From Alphaproteobacteria bacterium (lineage in GTDB: Bacteria; Pseudomonadota; Alphaproteobacteria; Bin95): a DNA stretch of 64,000 nt. The notes under the pieces are model-generated. The model was not told the DNA's origin. It was given only the letters and a program-made list of their open reading frames with translations, and did no database searches. Location of the stretch: assembly GCA_965200785.1 (NCBI GenBank), contig CBDAVA010000003.1, positions 2,470,205 to 2,534,204 on the forward strand. Direction: 5' to 3'. Position numbers and translations under genes: made by a program. Within the stretch, counting starts at the first letter, position 1; every line of letters begins with the position of its first letter. Shown here in pieces: positions 19,192 through 27,641 of this stretch.

Positions 19192-20451
19192 ATGACCGGA
19201 GCGGAGAACGCCGCAGCGCAAACCGGAAGCAGGGCGGCCAGGCGGCCGCTCGAAGGCATCCGGGTCATCGACTTTACCCAGGTGCTCGCCGGCCCGTATT
19301 GCACGCAGCAATTGGCGCTGCTCGGCGCGAATGTGGTCAAGGTAGAGAACCGCGCCGGCGGCGATCAGGGGCGCGGCCTCGGGACCGCGAAGGACCAGCG
19401 CCTTATCGACCACGACATGTCCACGCTGTTTCTCTCCGTCAACACCGGAAAGCAGTCCCTCACGCTGGACCTCAAGCATCCCCGTGCAGGCGGCGTCGTG
19501 CGCCGGCTTGCGGCGTCGGCGGATGTCGTCATCCAGAATTTCAAGGCGGGAACGATGGACCGCATGGGCTTCGGCTACGAGGCGCTGAAGCAGGTCAATC
19601 CGCGCCTCATCTATTGCTCGATTTCGGGATACGGCCAGTCCGGGCCGCGTGCGCCCGCCGCCGCCTATGACCCCGCGATCCAGGCGTCGTCCGGCATGAT
19701 GGCGGTTACCGGCCTGCCGGAGACCGGCCCCCTCAAGACCGGCTACTGGCTGACCGACATGGCGACCGCCATTCAGGCGTGTTTCGCCATTTCATCGGCG
19801 CTATACCACCGCGAGCGCACCGGGGAAGGCGACCATCTCGACCTCTCCATGCTCGACACGGCGGTCGGCATCATGGCGCCGACGCTTGCCTTCTGGCAGG
19901 TGAATGGAGAGGATCCGGCGCCGACCGGCAACAAGTCGCAGACCGGCAACCCGACCTCCGACGCCTTCCCCACCGCCGACGGTTTCCTGATGGTAGCCGC
20001 GCCGACCCAGGGCCAGTTCGTCGCACTGGCGAAGGTGCTCGGTCGGGCCGAGCTCTGCGACGACCCGCGCTTCGCCACCCTCCCGGACCGGATCGCACAT
20101 GCGGGCGCGCTGCGCGGGGAGATCGTCAAGGCGCTGGCCGCAGCCGATGCCGGCGCCTGGGAGGCGCGCCTCGCCGCGGCCGGTGTGCCGGCGTCGCGGG
20201 TTTCGACCGTGCCGCAGGTCTGTGCGGACGACCAGCTCGCCCATCGCGAGGCCTTCCGGCCGATCGCGCGGCAACACGAGATCGGCGGCGGCGAAGGCGT
20301 TTATGTGGACCTGCCGTTCCACGGTGCGAACACCGCGCGCGGCACGGACCGCCCGCCGCCGCTGCTCGGCGAGCATACCGACCCGGTGCTGGCCGACCTC
20401 GGTTTCTCGCCCGGGGAAATCGCCGAGTTGCGCCGCGAGGGCGCCATATAG
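19192..20451 (+). CDS. CaiB/BaiF family (class III) CoA-transferase (second copy)
   Basis: GIRVIDFTQVLAGPYCTQ N-terminus. Divergent from the agmatinase-family gene. Confidence 0.9.
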   Translation: MTGAENAAAQTGSRAARRPLEGIRVIDFTQVLAGPYCTQQLALLGANVVKVENRAGGDQGRGLGTAKDQRLIDHDMSTLFLSVNTGKQSLTLDLKHPRAGGVVRRLAASADVVIQNFKAGTMDRMGFGYEALKQVNPRLIYCSISGYGQSGPRAPAAAYDPAIQASSGMMAVTGLPETGPLKTGYWLTDMATAIQACFAISSALYHRERTGEGDHLDLSMLDTAVGIMAPTLAFWQVNGEDPAPTGNKSQTGNPTSDAFPTADGFLMVAAPTQGQFVALAKVLGRAELCDDPRFATLPDRIAHAGALRGEIVKALAAADAGAWEARLAAAGVPASRVSTVPQVCADDQLAHREAFRPIARQHEIGGGEGVYVDLPFHGANTARGTDRPPPLLGEHTDPVLADLGFSPGEIAELRREGAI

Positions 20452-20458
20452 GCGCGCC

Positions 20459-20983
20459 CTACCCCTCCCGAAGCAAGAGCAGTTCGGCGCAATCGACAGC
20501 GGCGCGCTCGGCGCGGGCGGCCAAAGCCGCCTGGCCGGCGCTGCTGATCGGGTGCTCGATGACTGCGAAGGGATAGCCTTCCGCACCCAGAACCCGGGCC
20601 ATCAGCTCCGCTGCGCTGACGAAGGTCTCCGTCATGATGCCGGCGGAAGGAACGCCGATGCGCTCTCCGGCAACCGCGTCATGCAAACTGCACGACGAGC
20701 AGCTGCCTCAATCGCCAATGCCGGCGACAAGCGCATCCCAGTTTCTGGCCTCTTCCAGCAAACCCGCATCTGCCGGCGCGCTGTAGTTCGACTTGGTGCG
20801 CAATATGACCTCGCCGACGCCGTAGCGTTCCTTCAGCGTCTGCTCGAAAGCCGAGAAGAAGCCCTTGGTGCCTTCCTTGCCGTTCGAGATCACCCCGATG
20901 GTGGCGCCTTCCAGCGCCGCCAGGCGGGCAGCGGGCGCAAAGCCCGCAGCGCCTTCCTCATGCGACGGATCGAGTATTCGCAT
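20459..20983 (-). CDS. UGSC-family selenoprotein (in-frame TGA = Sec at 20708-20710)
   Basis: ORFs 20708..21214 and 20459..20686 are in the same frame. Reading through the TGA gives ...LVAGIGD-U-GSCSSCSLHDAVAGE... i.e. the D-U-G-S-C motif. Starts MRILDPSHEE with GAGGA RBS. A 6-bp-stem hairpin (AGCTGC-tcgtcgt-GCAGTT) lies 9-27 nt after the TGA as a candidate bacterial SECIS. Confidence 0.7.
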
Positions 20984-21009
20984 CCTGTCCTCGCTTCCTC
21001 GATGTCGGA

Positions 21010-22059
21010 CTATGGAATTTCGCAATCGACGCAGGCGCCGATCGCAACGGTCACGGCCCGGCTCTTGTGGCCGAGCCAAGGGGGGATGACCGCGCCGAAA
21101 CCGCCGGCCGGGCCGCCTGCGGCCACCACCAGCAGGTCTTCCGGAGCCGAGAGCGCCGCATATTCCCATTCGCCCCGGTCGCGCACCACCGCGCCCTTGC
21201 CGCACTCGGCCCATTCCGCGCGCCGGATGCGCGCCTTCTCAAAGATATAGGCGCGGATATCGGCCTTGGACCAGCCGGCGGCATTGAAGTGAGCGCGCAA
21301 TTGCGGGGGCACGATCATGGCGTAGTTGCCGGGCCAGATCGAGTAATGGCGCATATTGGCGCGTATTTCGGCCGCATAGGTATCCAGAATTTCTTCCGGA
21401 ACGGTGGTCCACTCGTTCATCAACTGGCGCGGCGCGCCCGCTGCCATGGCCGTCACGCTGGAAGCGCCGACAGGCATACCGCGCTCCTCGGCAAGCGGCA
21501 GCCATTCGGAGCCGGCCTCGTCCTCCGCCAGGCAATAGCTGATCTTGCCGGGATGACCGAGCACCGAGCGGTCGATGGCGCCGGGCCGGACATCCAGCAT
21601 GTTAATGAGACAGAGGCGAAGCGCGCGGCCCACCACCGTCGAGGCGCGGTCGCTGGATGCGAGCGCGTTGAATGTGGCGTCCATGCCGATTTCGGCCGCA
21701 ATCGGCCCGTTGACGACAACCAGCACGGCGCAGCCGCCCGTGCTTGCGGTGGCGCCGTGCAGCAGAAACGGCTCCTGCAGCATGGCGGTGAAGGCGGTGA
21801 CAACGACCGGGAAGTGCATCGGCAGGCACCCGGCCATGACGGCATTGACAGCCAGCTTCTCGGCAGTGACCGCGCGGGCGCGCACCGGCTCCACCCCGAC
21901 CAGATGGGCGGGCGGCAGCCCCGCCCAGTCGAGACACGCCTCGACAGCGTCGGCCGTCGGCGGCACCACGGGCAAACCGTCCGTCCAGCCCCGGCTGTGA
22001 TAGAACTCCTGTGCCGCCATCATGTCGGTCACATCGTAGCTTGTGGAAGCAAGCGCCAT
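21010..22059 (-). CDS. conserved hypothetical protein (349 aa), upstream partner of the UGSC selenoprotein gene
   Basis: Normal amino-acid composition versus the Arg/His-rich antisense ORF 21067..22065. Stop is 27 bp before the UGSC start. Confidence 0.6.
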   Translation of the reverse strand: MALASTSYDVTDMMAAQEFYHSRGWTDGLPVVPPTADAVEACLDWAGLPPAHLVGVEPVRARAVTAEKLAVNAVMAGCLPMHFPVVVTAFTAMLQEPFLLHGATASTGGCAVLVVVNGPIAAEIGMDATFNALASSDRASTVVGRALRLCLINMLDVRPGAIDRSVLGHPGKISYCLAEDEAGSEWLPLAEERGMPVGASSVTAMAAGAPRQLMNEWTTVPEEILDTYAAEIRANMRHYSIWPGNYAMIVPPQLRAHFNAAGWSKADIRAYIFEKARIRRAEWAECGKGAVVRDRGEWEYAALSAPEDLLVVAAGGPAGGFGAVIPPWLGHKSRAVTVAIGACVDCEIP

Positions 22060-22122
22060 GAGTAGCTGTCCCGATATCGCGCGCCCGGAGTTTTACTCGC
22101 CTGCAATCGCTGCGCAAGTATT

Positions 22123-22498
22123 GGCGGGCCGTGTCTCAGTTCGCAACGAAGGCCCGTGCTGGCGGGTTTTTCGGAACGCGCCTCCCTGCCGCGCCGCTTC
22201 TATCGCCTCCCTAGTCGTCACCCCAGCCGGGGAGCGCATGTCCTCTTGTCACCCCGGCCGGAGCGCAGCGGAGAGCCGGGGTCCATCCTCCGCCGTTTCG
22301 GCCCTGCGGAAGGATCGGAGGCTGGGCCCCGGCTCAAGGCCGGGGCGACAGCAAGGGGGCCGGGGCGACAGTAGAGGTGTCCGGGCGACAACAGGGGGTC
22401 CGGGGCGGCACCGGGGCGTTCGGGGCGGCGGGCCGGGCCTCTCGTGCCCCTGGCTCAATCTGCCAAAGGAACGCGAATGTCAAACGGAGACACGACCT
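22123..22498. repeat. MITE-like mosaic repeat, full copy B (~375 bp)
   Basis: Imperfect terminal inverted repeats CCGTGTCTCAGTTCGCAACG ... CAAACGGAGACACGAC. Modules A (GGCGGGTTTTTCGGAAC), B (GGGGTCCATCCTCCGCCGTTTCGGCCCTGCGGAAGGATCGGAGGCTGGGCCCCGG), C (GGGGCGACAG short tandems) and D. Confidence 0.8.
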
Positions 22499-22548
22499 TG
22501 GGGGGAGGCGCGTGGACGGGTTCCGGACGGCGGCGGGAAGCGGCGCCC

Positions 22549-24192
22549 CTATGCCACGCCGTCCAGCCGGTCGTCCTCGATTGCCGCATTCGAGCGGCGC
22601 GACGGCTCGCCCCAGCCGCCGCCGCCGCCGGACAGCACCTCGAACACATCGCCGGGCGCGACAGCGATGCCGACCTGCTTGCTGGGCAGCACGCGTCCGC
22701 CGCCGGAGCCGTGATGAATATAGCGGTGCGGCAGCCCGTCCTTGCCGCCGAGTATGCCGCGCGCCCCGTAGCGCACGCCGTCGCCTGCGGTATTGGCGAC
22801 AGCCGGCTCCTCGGTTTCGACGCGCAATTCCAGCTCCGCGCCGCAGCCGCCCCGGTATTCGCCAGCGCCCCCTGAACCCGGCCGGAACTCATGACGCGCG
22901 ATATGCAGCGGGAAGCGGACCTCCGCGACCTCGACGCTGCCGAATTTCAGCCCGCCGGCGGAATGCCATTCGCCGACCGAATGCCAGCCGTCGCCGCCGG
23001 GCGAGCCGCCGCCTCCCGGCCGGGCGTAGAACATGTGCCAGATGAAGCCGCGCCCGTTGCGGGGATCGCGCCCCTTGATCGCAATGCGCAGCCGCCGCCC
23101 CCAGCCGGCCATGACGCGCGCCGGGCAGGACTGCGCGAGCGCGGTAATGACGGCCTCGATGATCTCGTTGGAGCAATGCGAGGTGCACATGGTGACGGGG
23201 AGGCCGTCTTCGGCCCACACAATGGTTCCTTCCCTGGCAAGGACGGTCAGCGGGCGGAAGGCGCCGTCGTTTTTCGGAATTTCCGGGTCGATCAGATAGG
23301 CGAAGGACTGCGCGACCGCCGACATCATGTTGGCATGGCTGGAATTGACGAATGCGGTGCTCTGCGGGTCCGAGGCGCTCAGGTCCACCGTCACCTCACC
23401 GGCGCGGACCGTGGCCGTGGCCCGCACGGCGATATCGCGCCGCCCGTGGCCGTCATCGTCGAGAAACGCCTCGCCGTGGAAAACGCCGTCCTTCCATGTC
23501 TCGACTTCGCTTCGCGCACGGCGCTCGGCCCCGTCCAGAACCGCCTCGCAGGCGGCTGTCACCGTTCCGGCGTCGAAGGTATCGACCAGCGCCTGCAAGC
23601 GGGCCTCGCCGAGACGCACGGAGCCGATCTGCGCCGCCAGGTCGCCCTTGAAATCGCGCGGATGGCGGACATTCAGCGCCAGCATTTCCAGCAGGTCCTC
23701 GCGCGGCTTCCCGCGCTCCCAGAGGCGCAGCGGAGGGATGCGCAGGCCCTCATGGAAAATCTCCGTCGCGGACGGGTTGTAGGCGCCGTGCGTGGCGCCG
23801 CCGATATCGCTGTGGTGGGCGCGGTTGATGGTCCAGAAGGCCAGCCGCCCGTCGATGAACACAGGTGCGAACACGGTGACATCCGGCAGATGACTGCCCC
23901 CGCCGGCATAGGGATCGTTGACGACGAACAGATCGCCTTCATGCACATCGCCGCCAAAGCGGGCCGCCACGGCTTTCGCCGCCCAGGGCATGGCGCCCAC
24001 ATGGACCGGGATATGCTCGGCCTGGGCGACCAGACGGCAGCGGTCGTCGCATATGGCGGCGGAGAAATCGCGGGAGGAGTTCAGGATCTGGGAATAGGCT
24101 GTGCGCAGCATCGCCTCGCCCATTTCCTCGACAATGGCCGTCAGCCGATGGCTGACCACGGAGACGGTGATCGGGTCGATTGCATATGTCAT
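22549..24192 (-). CDS. hydantoinase B / 5-oxoprolinase family protein (HyuB-like), no HyuA partner in window
   Basis: MTYAIDPITVSVVSHRL... Typical HyuB N-terminus and full-length family match. Confidence 0.85.
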   Translation of the reverse strand: MTYAIDPITVSVVSHRLTAIVEEMGEAMLRTAYSQILNSSRDFSAAICDDRCRLVAQAEHIPVHVGAMPWAAKAVAARFGGDVHEGDLFVVNDPYAGGGSHLPDVTVFAPVFIDGRLAFWTINRAHHSDIGGATHGAYNPSATEIFHEGLRIPPLRLWERGKPREDLLEMLALNVRHPRDFKGDLAAQIGSVRLGEARLQALVDTFDAGTVTAACEAVLDGAERRARSEVETWKDGVFHGEAFLDDDGHGRRDIAVRATATVRAGEVTVDLSASDPQSTAFVNSSHANMMSAVAQSFAYLIDPEIPKNDGAFRPLTVLAREGTIVWAEDGLPVTMCTSHCSNEIIEAVITALAQSCPARVMAGWGRRLRIAIKGRDPRNGRGFIWHMFYARPGGGGSPGGDGWHSVGEWHSAGGLKFGSVEVAEVRFPLHIARHEFRPGSGGAGEYRGGCGAELELRVETEEPAVANTAGDGVRYGARGILGGKDGLPHRYIHHGSGGGRVLPSKQVGIAVAPGDVFEVLSGGGGGWGEPSRRSNAAIEDDRLDGVA

Positions 24193-24283
24193 CGTCGGCT
24201 TCCCCGGAGCGGTCGGGGCCACGGTATCACCGTTTCGACGCGAGATGGCTCTGCTTGTGACGGCCGGCGGGCGGCCGCCTGCA

Positions 24284-25102
24284 TCAATACCGGCCAGGGC
24301 CGCGCTCTTCCGGCCCCAGCAACAGCCGCAGCCCCCGCGCCGGCCCATGCGCATCCACCACGAGACGGGTGAGAGCCGCGCGTTTCGCCATGCCCTCCCG
24401 CAGCAGGAACCAGCGCCGCCGCAGCCGGAGCAGCGGTCCGGGCGGCGGCGCCGCAGGCATGGCGCCGATCATGCTGGCATTGCCGTCTTCGGCCTGCAGG
24501 TGGCGCACAACCGGCGGGCGCACGCAATAGGTCGCGACGCCGGTGCGCCAATAGGCAGCCAGCGCCCGGTCTATGCTGAGACGCACGCGGGGAAACACTT
24601 CCAGAAAACGCCGCGCGGCCGGGCGCGTAATCACATAGCCCTGAGTCCCGAAATGCGACCAGCGCAGCCAGCCCAGCCGATGGCCGGTTTCCAGGCGGCG
24701 ATGCGGAACGAAGCGCCTTGTCGCGCGGCCGCGATGCAGAAATATTACCCCCCTCCCCCCGGTGAACAGATCGGGCGCCCGTTCCAGCGCGTCAAGGACA
24801 GCCGGCAGTTCCGGCGCAAGGTCGATATCGTCCTCGAGAACAGCCATGACCTCCGGTCCGGCCCGGACCATCTCCTCCAGCAGGACGCGATGGCTCAACC
24901 AGCAACCCAGCGCCCCGGCCTTGACCGGCCAGCCGTCGCGGTCGAAAGCCGCGTAATCCACAAGCGCCTTCTGCTCGGGCGTCAGGCGGCGGCCGTCCAC
25001 TGCGCGGCACAACTCGAATGGCAGCGCCAGCGCTTCAAGCGCCGCGGACACTCTCCGGCGGCGTTCTACCGCGTCTTCCAGATTGACGACGGCGATCTTC
25101 AC
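24284..25102 (-). CDS. glycosyltransferase family 25 (LPS/LOS beta-glycosyltransferase-like)
   Basis: GTG start giving VKIAVVNLEDAVERRRR, a GT25 N-terminus. Contains GGGGGGAGGGGGG in the coding strand. Confidence 0.7.
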   Translation of the reverse strand: MKIAVVNLEDAVERRRRVSAALEALALPFELCRAVDGRRLTPEQKALVDYAAFDRDGWPVKAGALGCWLSHRVLLEEMVRAGPEVMAVLEDDIDLAPELPAVLDALERAPDLFTGGRGVIFLHRGRATRRFVPHRRLETGHRLGWLRWSHFGTQGYVITRPAARRFLEVFPRVRLSIDRALAAYWRTGVATYCVRPPVVRHLQAEDGNASMIGAMPAAPPPGPLLRLRRRWFLLREGMAKRAALTRLVVDAHGPARGLRLLLGPEERGPGRY

Positions 25103-25142
25103 GCTGCGTCCGTTCGGAAACGACCCATAGGGGCCGCGCCGC

Positions 25143-25793
25143 TTAGAAGACCGGGTGCGCAGCCATGGCAAGCGACGCCTGAATCTCCCAGATGGATTTG
25201 GCGACGGCCTGACCGATCAGGTCCAGTTTGCGCACCTGTTCGATTCGGCCGCGGGCGCGTTCCAGTTCGCGCGCCGACAACAATTCGCTGAAGATACCGC
25301 AGGCATCGACCAGGCCGATGATAACGATGTCGCGCGGGTCCGGAATTTCGTCGGACAGCAGAACCGACATGATCCGCAGCTTGACTTCCTTCTCCAGCTT
25401 GCCGTCGATGGTCGGGTATCGCCTTGAGCGGAAGACCCAAAGGAACCGGCCTTCCTCCCGGTTCAGAATGCCCGCCTCCACGAGGCGTGCAAGCGCCACC
25501 TCGCGGATGTCGCTGGCATAGGCGGCTGTATCCTCCACCCAGTAGCGCGCGCTGTGTGCTTCGCTGGACGCCGCGATGCGCTCGAGCGTCGGATCGAGCA
25601 GCGGGTCGCCCATAGGTGTGGAATCGACCAGAATGAGCGAATCGAGGTCCGTATCAAGCCGGTCCGCCAGCGCCAGGTCCATCAGAACCGAGCCGGCCAA
25701 CGCGCATTGCATGGACCATTCCGGAATGGGCATGAAGCTGCCGTCGCGGTCGTCGAGGACCAGCAGCATGATCTCTTCGGCGAAGCTCAACAT
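25143..25793 (-). CDS. GPP34/GOLPH3-family protein
   Basis: MLSFAEEIMLLVLDDRDGSF... Family-typical N-terminus. Length 216 aa. Confidence 0.7.
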   Translation of the reverse strand: MLSFAEEIMLLVLDDRDGSFMPIPEWSMQCALAGSVLMDLALADRLDTDLDSLILVDSTPMGDPLLDPTLERIAASSEAHSARYWVEDTAAYASDIREVALARLVEAGILNREEGRFLWVFRSRRYPTIDGKLEKEVKLRIMSVLLSDEIPDPRDIVIIGLVDACGIFSELLSARELERARGRIEQVRKLDLIGQAVAKSIWEIQASLAMAAHPVF

Positions 25794-25798
25794 CGTCT

Positions 25799-26134
25799 TC
25801 AGCCCATAACGGCCAAGGCTGCCGCCCGGTTCTCATGCACAGTGAAAATGGTCAGGAAACCGCTAATTTCAAACACTTCGCGAATGCTCGAGCTAAGAGA
25901 GCAGAGGGCAATCACGCCGCCGGTCTGCTGAAGCCGCTTCGCACCCATCAACAACACACGCAGGCCTGCCGAACTGATGTAGCTCAGATTGCCCATGTCG
26001 ATGAGCAAGGCGGCTTCGCCCTGCCCGACGGCCTCCATAACCCGCTCTTCAAAGCTTCGCGCGGTCGCGCTGTCGAGACGGCCCTTTGGCTCCAAGACAA
26101 AAACGGTACCGTCTTTGCTCTCTGCGATATCCAT
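25799..26134 (-). CDS. STAS-domain anti-sigma-factor antagonist (SpoIIAA-like)
   Basis: 111 aa. DMGNLSYISSAGLRVLL motif with the conserved phospho-Ser context. Confidence 0.85.
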   Translation of the reverse strand: MDIAESKDGTVFVLEPKGRLDSATARSFEERVMEAVGQGEAALLIDMGNLSYISSAGLRVLLMGAKRLQQTGGVIALCSLSSSIREVFEISGFLTIFTVHENRAAALAVMG

Positions 26135-26251
26135 GAGCTGCCTCCCTAGCTGTCGATCCAGAATCTCCCGTCGCAGCGGTTATAGCGAATTCCCGGGCAG
26201 GCCGCCATGCTTTCCTGCGACGTTCGGGGAGACCGGAAGGAGGATGCCGGC

Positions 26252-27037
26252 ATGGATTGGAAGACGATACGCCTGCAGGAAACCGCGCAAGGGGTTGTGA
26301 CGCTCACCTTCGCGCGGCCCGATCGGTTGAATGCCTTGACTGCCGAGACCATGCGGGAAGTGCATCTGGCGCTCGATGCGCTGCATGGGCGCAAGGATAT
26401 GCGCCTGCTGGTCTTGGCCGCCGAGGGCCGGCATTTCACCGTCGGCGGCGACATCGCCATGTTCCGCGATATGGGCGCGGCCCCCGCCGAAAAACGCCTG
26501 CAGGCGGCGCTGCGCGGCTCCATGCTCAGCCACCGCATCGCCAGCCTGCCCTGCCCGGTTATCGCGCGGGTGCAGGGCGGCGCTTTCGGCGGCGGTGTGA
26601 CGCTCATCGCAGCCAGCGACGTGGCGATAGCGGGGACCGCCGCGCGTTTCGCGTTCACGGAGTTGCGCCGGGGCGTGGCGCCGACCGGCGCTCTCAAGGC
26701 GCTGCTGGCCCGCATCGGTTCGGTCAACTACAAGCGCTATCTCTTTACCGGCGAAACCTTCGACGCAGCGGAGGCGCACCGCATCGGCCTGATCGACCGT
26801 GCGGTGCCGGACGAAGAGCTGGACGATGCGGTGCAAGCAGCCGTCACAGGCTGCCTCGGCGCGGCGCCGGGAGCGGCTGCGACCGTCAAGCGCGCGCTCG
26901 ACCTTTACGACCGCAACGGCCCGGACGCTCTGGGGATCGACGGCCTCTACGCCTTCGCGGAAAGTTGGGCCAGTGAGGAAGGCCGTGAAGGCGCCGCCTC
27001 GTTTCTGGAGAAGCGCCCGCCGCGCTGGGAGCCTTGA
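26252..27037 (+). CDS. enoyl-CoA hydratase/isomerase family protein
   Basis: Crotonase fold. ARVQGGAFGGG oxyanion-hole motif. Confidence 0.85.
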   Translation: MDWKTIRLQETAQGVVTLTFARPDRLNALTAETMREVHLALDALHGRKDMRLLVLAAEGRHFTVGGDIAMFRDMGAAPAEKRLQAALRGSMLSHRIASLPCPVIARVQGGAFGGGVTLIAASDVAIAGTAARFAFTELRRGVAPTGALKALLARIGSVNYKRYLFTGETFDAAEAHRIGLIDRAVPDEELDDAVQAAVTGCLGAAPGAAATVKRALDLYDRNGPDALGIDGLYAFAESWASEEGREGAASFLEKRPPRWEP

Positions 27038-27058
27038 CCGGCGAGCGGCGGCGCCCGC

Positions 27059-27541
27059 TTACCAAAGGCGGCGGGCGGCGTCCTCCAGCCGTTTCAGCTC
27101 GACGCAGCCCGCATTCAGGCCGAAAGCGGCGGCGAAGGGCGCAAGATCGGGGCGCCCGCCGCGCCCGCCGACTTCCGCCAGGATGCCCAATGCCACCCGC
27201 TCCGCCTCGAGTTCCAGGCGCTTGACCGCGTCGCGCCAGCCTTCCCGTGTTTCGTCGTCCAGCCCGGACACGGCTTCGCGAAGATGGCGCCGGAGGCCCC
27301 GCAGCGGACGAACGGCCCTTGTGCGCCAGGGGCCGACAGCGCGGTCGCCGGCCCGCAGCGTCGCCGCGTCTGCGCCGCCGCCGAGCCAGGCGGCCCAAAG
27401 CAGAAGCGGCACATCGACCCCGTCCCTGTCCTGGAGAACAAGACACGCCTCGGCAATGCCCGGTTCCGCATAGAGGCGGACAGCGAAGTCCCAGAGCGAG
27501 CCGGCCCGGTCGGCTTTCGCTTCAGGAGTGGTCCTGTCCAT
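27059..27541 (-). CDS. TIGR02444-family hypothetical protein
   Basis: Trimmed to MDRTTPEAK... (WDFAVRLYAEPG, LLLWAAWLG). Confidence 0.55.
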   Translation of the reverse strand: MDRTTPEAKADRAGSLWDFAVRLYAEPGIAEACLVLQDRDGVDVPLLLWAAWLGGGADAATLRAGDRAVGPWRTRAVRPLRGLRRHLREAVSGLDDETREGWRDAVKRLELEAERVALGILAEVGGRGGRPDLAPFAAAFGLNAGCVELKRLEDAARRLW

Positions 27542-27641
27542 CCGATCGCGCCCGGCTCGCCTTTCACCGCCCGATTGAAGCGGGGCCGCCTCGGGTTGAC
27601 AATGGCGCGGTCGCCGCCCGCCGGGAACAGGAAGCCGTTTC

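Noticed and set aside
20705-20710. TGA between two same-frame ORFs interpreted as a nonsense or frameshift pseudogene
   Set aside because: No frameshift is needed. The TGA sits exactly in the U/C position of a D-U-G-S-C motif with a downstream hairpin, which is better explained by selenocysteine. This still needs confirmation of sel genes.
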